From positions 82,264 to 146,263 of IMG/VR virus record IMGVR_UViG_3300026549_000039: 64,000 bases of DNA; one strand, given 5' to 3'. The position numbers and the translations under genes are program-made. How positions within the stretch are numbered: position 1 is the first letter of the stretch; each line of letters starts with the position of its first letter. The notes under the pieces were generated by a model, which had not been told where the DNA came from, did not search any database, and worked only from the letters and a program-made list of their open reading frames with translations. This document shows positions 58,490-64,000 of this stretch, one piece after another. The stretch comes from a virus. Lineage: Duplodnaviria > Caudoviricetes.

Positions 58490-58720
58490 TGTTGTGTAAA
58501 GCAAAATGTTGATTACTTTACGCAACGGGTATTGTGTAAAGTCTATTAGATGATAGTGGGGAGGGTTGCCTGAGTAAGATCGTAGAGACTAGGAGGCGTC
58601 CCTACGATGGTTCCTTCCTCAAAAAAGCAACCTTCCCCGGACTCGAAAGGGGTATGATAATACCGATTGCCTATTGGGTTGTAGATGGCGATCTACCCAA
58701 GGCGACTATAATCATACCCT
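58490..58720 (-). promoter_or_regulatory. Highly structured region upstream of the late operon
   Basis: Three long hairpins (58491-58526, 58558-58638, 58650-58719); three TTGYGTAAAG boxes. Confidence 0.5.
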
Positions 58721-58851
58721 ATTTTCCCCAGAGAGGAAGCCCTCATCCTACCCGTGCTACCATCGTGGTGGGGCAGGAGGGGGTGGAAAGCTGGCCCTAA
58801 ATTCTGGAGATGCTTCTGGTGGAGGAGGGGGAGGGCCTATTGCCTTCATAC

Positions 58852-59286
58852 TCATCTTCCCCAATAGTGTTCCATCGAGTCCACATAGTAGTAATTCTTG
58901 TAGCGTTTGTCTATCTGAAGGTGCAGCCATCCGGTATGTCCTCCATTATTAAGATTTTCGATGCCATCTCTTTCATACTGAAGGAATTGCCTGCATCCTT
59001 CTAACCGAGAACAATTCCTACAATAGCACCAAACAGCATCCCTAACCTCTTTTGGCAATATTTCTGGGTGTCCAGCATATGGGTAGCCGCTTCTGACCCA
59101 TCTTCGTAGGGCCGCTCTCACGTGGACACAATCAACAATCTGCCTTCTAATATATAGGCTTCTTCCGCCTACAATATTGTCCTCAGTGGCTGTTTTGCTG
59201 TAGTGTGTGTTATCTAGTAGATTAGGTCCGCCCGTAAGGGCAGAAGTATACCTATCCCGATTATCTCTACCCATACAAAAGACCAC
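58852..59286 (-). CDS. Hypothetical Cys-cluster protein
   Basis: RBS; WCYCRNC..C. Confidence 0.55.
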   Translation of the reverse strand: MVFCMGRDNRDRYTSALTGGPNLLDNTHYSKTATEDNIVGGRSLYIRRQIVDCVHVRAALRRWVRSGYPYAGHPEILPKEVRDAVWCYCRNCSRLEGCRQFLQYERDGIENLNNGGHTGWLHLQIDKRYKNYYYVDSMEHYWGR

Positions 59287-59312
59287 CCTCCACCTGCAAA
59301 AGAAATAAGAAG

Positions 59313-59735
59313 CTAAAGATTTTCTTCAGCAAATATCCTACTTGCCTCATCCTGAGCTTCAATCCTGGTACAGGAGGAAATCAGCACGCTACGACCGCTG
59401 ACCTTGACCCTAGTCTGGGCCATGAACATGCAGTCTTTAACAGGCTCCTGACTCATCCTCCACCTACACTGACCAGGAAAGTCCTCACAACAAGCAAAAT
59501 GGGTATAACCCGGCCCTGTGTTTGCTACGAGTTCTTTTCTGCACATGCACCTGCTATTTGGATCATTACCGTCGAGAAGATTCTCAGGGTTGGACTCAGC
59601 CAGATAGACTTTCAGGTTACGCTCCTCCTCAGCATCCTGAATCTTTCTAGCTGTGTGGTCCTCAAGCATCCTTTTCCTATCCCTAATCAGGGTATCCTCA
59701 TCAATAGCCATCGTGTTCGTCATGTAGCTGTTCAT
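59313..59735 (-). CDS. Hypothetical Cys-rich protein
   Basis: RBS AAGGGG; several Cys. Confidence 0.6.
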   Translation of the reverse strand: MNSYMTNTMAIDEDTLIRDRKRMLEDHTARKIQDAEEERNLKVYLAESNPENLLDGNDPNSRCMCRKELVANTGPGYTHFACCEDFPGQCRWRMSQEPVKDCMFMAQTRVKVSGRSVLISSCTRIEAQDEASRIFAEENL

Positions 59736-59787
59736 GTCTTAACAGCAATCCCCTTTCGTATGTATATCTTTTAGCTACCACCGCCAC

Positions 59788-59820
59788 CAGCATCCATTCT
59801 ATAATATAGAATGGATGCTG
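59788..59820. repeat. Perfect 33-bp palindrome
   Basis: CAGCATCCATTCTATA-A-TATAGAATGGATGCTG. Confidence 0.9.
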
Positions 59821-59878
59821 ATGGGCTGAAGCATGGTGTGATTATACCATGAGACCACACCATTTTGAGGTCGTAGAT

Positions 59879-60008
59879 AAATCGTTAGACGATTCCAATA
59901 CAGACCCCCAATGCGTCGGCCAACAGAAATCGTCAGACGATTTCAAAACCAGCCCGAATCAGCATTAGAAGCCAGCTGAAAATCGTCAGACGATTTCAAA
60001 ACCAGCCC
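59879..60008. repeat. Three spaced 29-bp repeats with palindromic core AAATCGTC-A-GACGATTT
   Basis: Identical at 59927-59955 and 59980-60008; degenerate at 59879. Confidence 0.85.
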
Positions 60009-60013
60009 TCCTA

Positions 60014-60544
60014 TTAGATAGTGGGCCAACTGTTCCTCCAGTTTTGCATATCGGTCAGCCATTTTTGCAAGGTAGACAGGATATTATTGAGGAGTGTCTC
60101 AACGTTTACGCTAAGGGTATTGAGGTCTGCGTCAACGCTGTTATACCAATTTTCCTGTGCTGTCATCCATTGCTTGAGGTTATCGTACCAATCGTCCCAA
60201 CTCACTAGTGCCACCCCCTTTAGGTCATCAGGCAGTAGGACTCTAACGCTTTCTATCCAATCCCCCATGGAATTAACCCAAGCTCTATTTCTGCTAACGA
60301 TTACGCTGGCTTGGCTTTTCCAGTTACTATAGCAGCAGGCTATGTAGGTGTTGACGCCTTCTATGTAGGCCCGTAAATTGTCTATAAATTCAATCATTGG
60401 CCCATCTAGCCATAGGGAGAACTCTGCGTAGGTTTTGTTATTTTCCCTACCCCAATCATTAAACAGCTTCATATAGGCTGTATCTTGTGGGTAGGATGGT
60501 ATGATTACTGGTCTAGGCATATCTTCCTGTTCTCCTCCTTTCAT
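60014..60544 (-). CDS. Trp-rich helical hypothetical protein (start probably 60520)
   Basis: AAGGAGG RBS before MPRPV; periodic Trp. Confidence 0.6.
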   Translation of the reverse strand: MKGGEQEDMPRPVIIPSYPQDTAYMKLFNDWGRENNKTYAEFSLWLDGPMIEFIDNLRAYIEGVNTYIACCYSNWKSQASVIVSRNRAWVNSMGDWIESVRVLLPDDLKGVALVSWDDWYDNLKQWMTAQENWYNSVDADLNTLSVNVETLLNNILSTLQKWLTDMQNWRNSWPTI

Positions 60545-61084
60545 TATCTACCCCCTCCCCATCCCAGGGGGTAGGTTATACCTTAATATGGATATTATAG
60601 CCTCTCCCCTTGCTGTGGGTATGGTATAATGTGTATCGAATCGTGAGGTATCAGGTGGTTAAGGTTATCCGCTATCAGGTTGTGGATGGCAGGATGGAAT
60701 GCAGGCAGGGCAGCTGATATCAACATATCCTTATAAGAGCCAAGAGCTAACCCATGGCGAGGGACCCCAGGGCCACGAGTAGACATATGAAGGCACATGC
60801 CAAGCGGATCGAAAGTTGCAGGATAATTTCAGTATTTCTACCTAGCTTCCAAAACCAGCCTATCCCATCATGGCGGCAGGATAGCAAAACCAGTCCTCAT
60901 CTATATTTACACAGCCTAGCAGGGTATCAACAAATACCCTTCCCTAACTGTACCCAAATAACGATCCATTCCAATCAAAGAATATATATTATTCCCCTAT
61001 GTATAGAATAGCAGGATACGGTCCATACCTCTATACCATTAGCTATTCCTATTCCCCTATTCCTATATACGCGTTCTATACCAG

Positions 61085-61150
61085 CTATTCTCATTCCCTA
61101 TTCTCATTCCCTATTCTCATTCCCTATTCTCATTCCCTATTCCCTATTCC
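61085..61150. repeat. Tandem repeat CTATTCTCATTCC x4 plus CTATTCC x2
   Basis: Read directly from sequence. Confidence 0.9.
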
Positions 61151-61607
61151 TATATACCAGCTATCCTATGGCACACCCCTCCCCATAATGTATGGTGGAG
61201 GGGTTTGATGATCTATATAGCCCCTACCCACGCAGCAGTATTATGCTGCTGTATAGACCTGTAGCGTGTATAACATAGCGTGCGGGAACAACAGCATCCC
61301 ATAAAGGTTCCTACCTTTAAGCATACCAGCATATCCCTCTAATACCAGCTACCTTTAATTTTTGCTCATTTTAAAGGTATTCCCCAGGAGAGTGACGTGC
61401 CGCTGGCTTCTGGCGCAAATACAAATACTTATCCTAATTGAGCTATAAATTGCCCCGTAGCAAGAGTTTTCCGCCGTTTTCCCATATAAACCTACGAATT
61501 GCAAGGATTTGCAATCGTAAGATTTATGTAGGCATTCGTATACATTCTAAAATCCTTGATATCTCTAGCATATCTAGCATTTGGGAATTGTTAGACAATT
61601 TAGAGAC

Positions 61608-61650
61608 AAAAAATCCGCAATCCCCACAGGGTGAGAGATTACGGATTTTA
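61608..61650 (-). terminator. Intrinsic terminator
   Basis: AAATCCGTAATCTC...GGGATTGCGGATTTTTT on the - strand. Confidence 0.7.
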
Positions 61651-61662
61651 TTTTCAGTAAAA

Positions 61663-63120
61663 CTACTTAGCAGCGGCCTTCTTTGTTGATCCCTTTGGTC
61701 TACCCCTCCCCCTCTTGAGGGGCTCTTTACGGGGCCTGCCCCGTCGCTTTGTTTCCTCAGCAATAGGGGCGCTAGTATCAGGGCTTGCCGCTTTCTTTGC
61801 AGCCCTTATTGCTTGCCTTTTCGCGTTTTCGGCTTGTTCTCGCGCTTCAAGCGCTTGTTCTCGCGCCTGTTCCTTTGCTTTGAGTTGCATCAATTCGGCA
61901 TTATTGAGGGGCTCAAGTGTATCAATGGCCGTTTTATTGCCCTTTTCCTGTGCTACTTCATCAGAAAGTGCTATAACGCTATGCTGGCGCAAGGTTGCAC
62001 TTTTTCCACCTATTGCGTTTATCGCCTTTGCTGAAGCAGTAAACAAACTTATGGGGCGTTTTTTCTCTACCTTCCCATAGGTGAGATTTTCCCCGCTATC
62101 ATCAACCTTGATATAACCATAATTAGTTAGGTTTGCTATTGTCGTTTTTGATGCACCAATAGACGAAAAGAACGCGGCAAGCGCAACACGTCCATTTTTT
62201 GATCTTGCCCTTGCCCTTATCGCCGCTCTCATGGCGGCTATATCAACACTAATTGGGCCAAACTCGTTATAAACAAGGTAGGGATTTTTCATCCCCTCTA
62301 TAAGCTCTTTTCGGGGATGTACAAGGTTAAAAAAGTCTATCCCAAATTCGATCAAGGCTTGACTGTCGCTTATCTCTTGCCCCTCAACAATCATTCGGCT
62401 AATTGCTTCACATTCTGGCATATCCTCATAGGAAGGGATAGCCGCCCTTAAGTGCAACTGTTTGTTGATGCAGTCATAACGCCTTTTCAGGACGTTATTA
62501 GGATAGGGGGAGAGAATATTATAGAAGTCTTCATCGTTATCTTTTTCTGTTCTTTCGTTATACTCTGCATTCTCCCCTATCCATAGGGCCAGCTTAACAA
62601 GATTATCACACTTGCAGAGATTGAGGAAATTCAAGCAAGAGCTTATAATATCCTGCTTTATATCCTCTGCGTTGATATATCCTCTATCACTCGCTAGATC
62701 GTCAATAAGGTCATACTCTCGCGAGTTATCCTGAATCGTGAGAGATAACCCGTTCCCTTGGAACGTTCCCTTGTACTCTGCCCCTAACTCGTAATTTTCA
62801 ATCGGGCTAATCTGATATGTATCCTGAGTCTCAGGATCATATATTAAGCTCAAATCATCCCCTTTTTTCCCTATTCTCTCGCCCTTAACCTGTGTTGTCT
62901 TCATAACCCAAGAGTTTAACAGGTATAGAGTTTTCAACACAGCAAGAGTTAAGGCAACGTCTTTATTTTTCCTGTGATACAACTTTGCTATATCTTCCCA
63001 GCTATCTGATATATGACTATACAGAGTTTTAAAATGCCCGTTAAGAATCGGCCTGAAAAATTCATCTTTAAGTATGGAATTCCTCACACGAATAAGAGCC
63101 TGACTTATCATCTTTATCAT
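61663..63120 (-). CDS. 485-aa DNA-binding protein with two C-terminal AT-hooks
   Basis: KRRGRPRK and KRGRGRPKGS; AAGGAAGG RBS; own terminator. Confidence 0.7.
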   Translation of the reverse strand: MIKMISQALIRVRNSILKDEFFRPILNGHFKTLYSHISDSWEDIAKLYHRKNKDVALTLAVLKTLYLLNSWVMKTTQVKGERIGKKGDDLSLIYDPETQDTYQISPIENYELGAEYKGTFQGNGLSLTIQDNSREYDLIDDLASDRGYINAEDIKQDIISSCLNFLNLCKCDNLVKLALWIGENAEYNERTEKDNDEDFYNILSPYPNNVLKRRYDCINKQLHLRAAIPSYEDMPECEAISRMIVEGQEISDSQALIEFGIDFFNLVHPRKELIEGMKNPYLVYNEFGPISVDIAAMRAAIRARARSKNGRVALAAFFSSIGASKTTIANLTNYGYIKVDDSGENLTYGKVEKKRPISLFTASAKAINAIGGKSATLRQHSVIALSDEVAQEKGNKTAIDTLEPLNNAELMQLKAKEQAREQALEAREQAENAKRQAIRAAKKAASPDTSAPIAEETKRRGRPRKEPLKRGRGRPKGSTKKAAAK

Positions 63121-63149
63121 CCTTCCTTTTCTATCTACATATGCTAATA

Positions 63150-63341
63150 CTAATAACTAGGGTCAATATGCCGCCGTATGATATCGGCGCTTAATCCATT
63201 GCATTCTGCCCTAATGAGAATCATGTCTAACTGCTTTTTATCGCGTCGAAATTCAATAATACGCTCAAAAATCCTGTAGTCATGCTGATTGATATACTTC
63301 CCTTCATTCCCTTTTTTCCTCAAATACGGCATTCTTAGCAC
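63150..63341 (-). CDS. Small basic hypothetical protein
   Basis: AAGGGAG RBS upstream of the start region. Confidence 0.45.
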   Translation of the reverse strand: MLRMPYLRKKGNEGKYINQHDYRIFERIIEFRRDKKQLDMILIRAECNGLSADIIRRHIDPSY

Positions 63342-63901
63342 TCCCTTTATTAAATTTTAGATAAAATGTGTATATGACTGCATTTTACCCTTGCGCAGTC
63401 AAGCAAGCCGCTACAGTATTTTTATTGCCTTCTTTTCGATTGTCAATCTACTAAAATCTAGTCATAGACTAGACTTATAAAGCGCTTGCCCGCCTGCTTT
63501 CGCGGGCTTGTGTTGAGTGTTCTCTCGAACACAGATATATTATACTTTGCTTTTTTCATCTTGTCAACATCGATAAAATCCAGTCATAGCAACTGTTCAT
63601 GGGGATTTTTTCCATTTATGGGCCTGAAACGTATACATCCGCGTAAGTGCTTTGTATTACTGTGTTTATGCCAATCTTTCGTTATGAATGCTGATTATGA
63701 CTGTATTTGTCGTGAATGCTGATTATAGCCTGATTCTCTTGTGGTGTATGCTTGCTAGTGATTGATATGACTGGATTCTACGGATCGCTGAATGTCTCTA
63801 CTATTATATATTGCTTTCCATTCCTTACAGGATATATTTTATCCTTGCGAGTGTTTGATACAGCTTTATTTACGCCGTTTTTATATCTTTCTACTATATA
63901 C

Positions 63902-64000
63902 GCGAATCAGGGGCACGAATCAGGGGCACGAATCAGGGGCGGATATCTGGCCCGCGAATCTGGCCCGCGATTCGAGGGGCGCGAATCTGGCCCGCGATTC
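63902..64000. repeat. ~13-bp GC-rich tandem array with GANTC cores, cut off by the window end
   Basis: CGAATCAGGGGCA-like x3, then CGAATCTGGCCCG variants. Confidence 0.85.

Noticed and set aside
58558-58660. Hammerhead or other known ribozyme
   Set aside because: CTGAGTAA and GAAA are present but the CUGANGA core and junction geometry do not match
60999-61208. 69-aa ORF across the tandem repeat
   Set aside because: Low-complexity translation of a 13-bp (non-triplet) repeat with no RBS
1-64000. tRNA genes, integrase/att site, alternative genetic code
   Set aside because: No cloverleaf or T-loop signature or recombinase motifs noticed by eye; genes are intact in the standard code with all three stop codons used. 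tRNAscan/ARAGORN was not run

Overview
The window is most of a tailed dsDNA phage genome, probably with a long non-contractile tail. It looks like a phage-plasmid of an anaerobic bacterium. Anaerobic NrdD/NrdG supports an anaerobic host; an M6 protease and the SLT protein hint at Synergistota, but that is inference only. Left end (1-2.7 kb): a plasmid-type origin (AT-rich stretch plus six 20-bp iterons), a probable Rep initiator with a structured antisense RNA over its leader, and an AEP primase with a CHC2 zinc finger. 2.7-24 kb, mostly + strand: DNA metabolism and recombination (DUF3310, SbcC-like ATPase, SLT, NrdD/NrdG, HU, methyltransferase, UvsY-, gp32-, RuvC- and RecA-like proteins, MazG-like), ending in a module of virion-like proteins and a signal-less M6 metalloprotease. 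24-58.5 kb, - strand: ThyX and morphogenesis. In transcription order these are TerS-like, a fibre-like protein, holin, M15 endolysin, intein-containing TerL, portal, XkdF protease/scaffold, capsid, neck, tail tube, frameshifted chaperones, a 2163-aa tape measure, a vWA protein and two paralogous tail appendage proteins. 58.5-64 kb: orphan ORFs, an AT-hook protein, palindromes and tandem repeats. The most novel-looking signals are non-coding: a 17-bp operator (GTAAG-N7-CTTAC) on four promoter regions, one of which drives an ORF-less ~135-nt RNA with UCCC loops; the rep antisense RNA; and a structured leader whose loop is complementary to the terS ribosome-binding site. No integrase, CI-type repressor, DNA polymerase, ParA, tRNA or bona fide CRISPR array was seen. 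All family assignments come from motif recognition by eye, not database searches.
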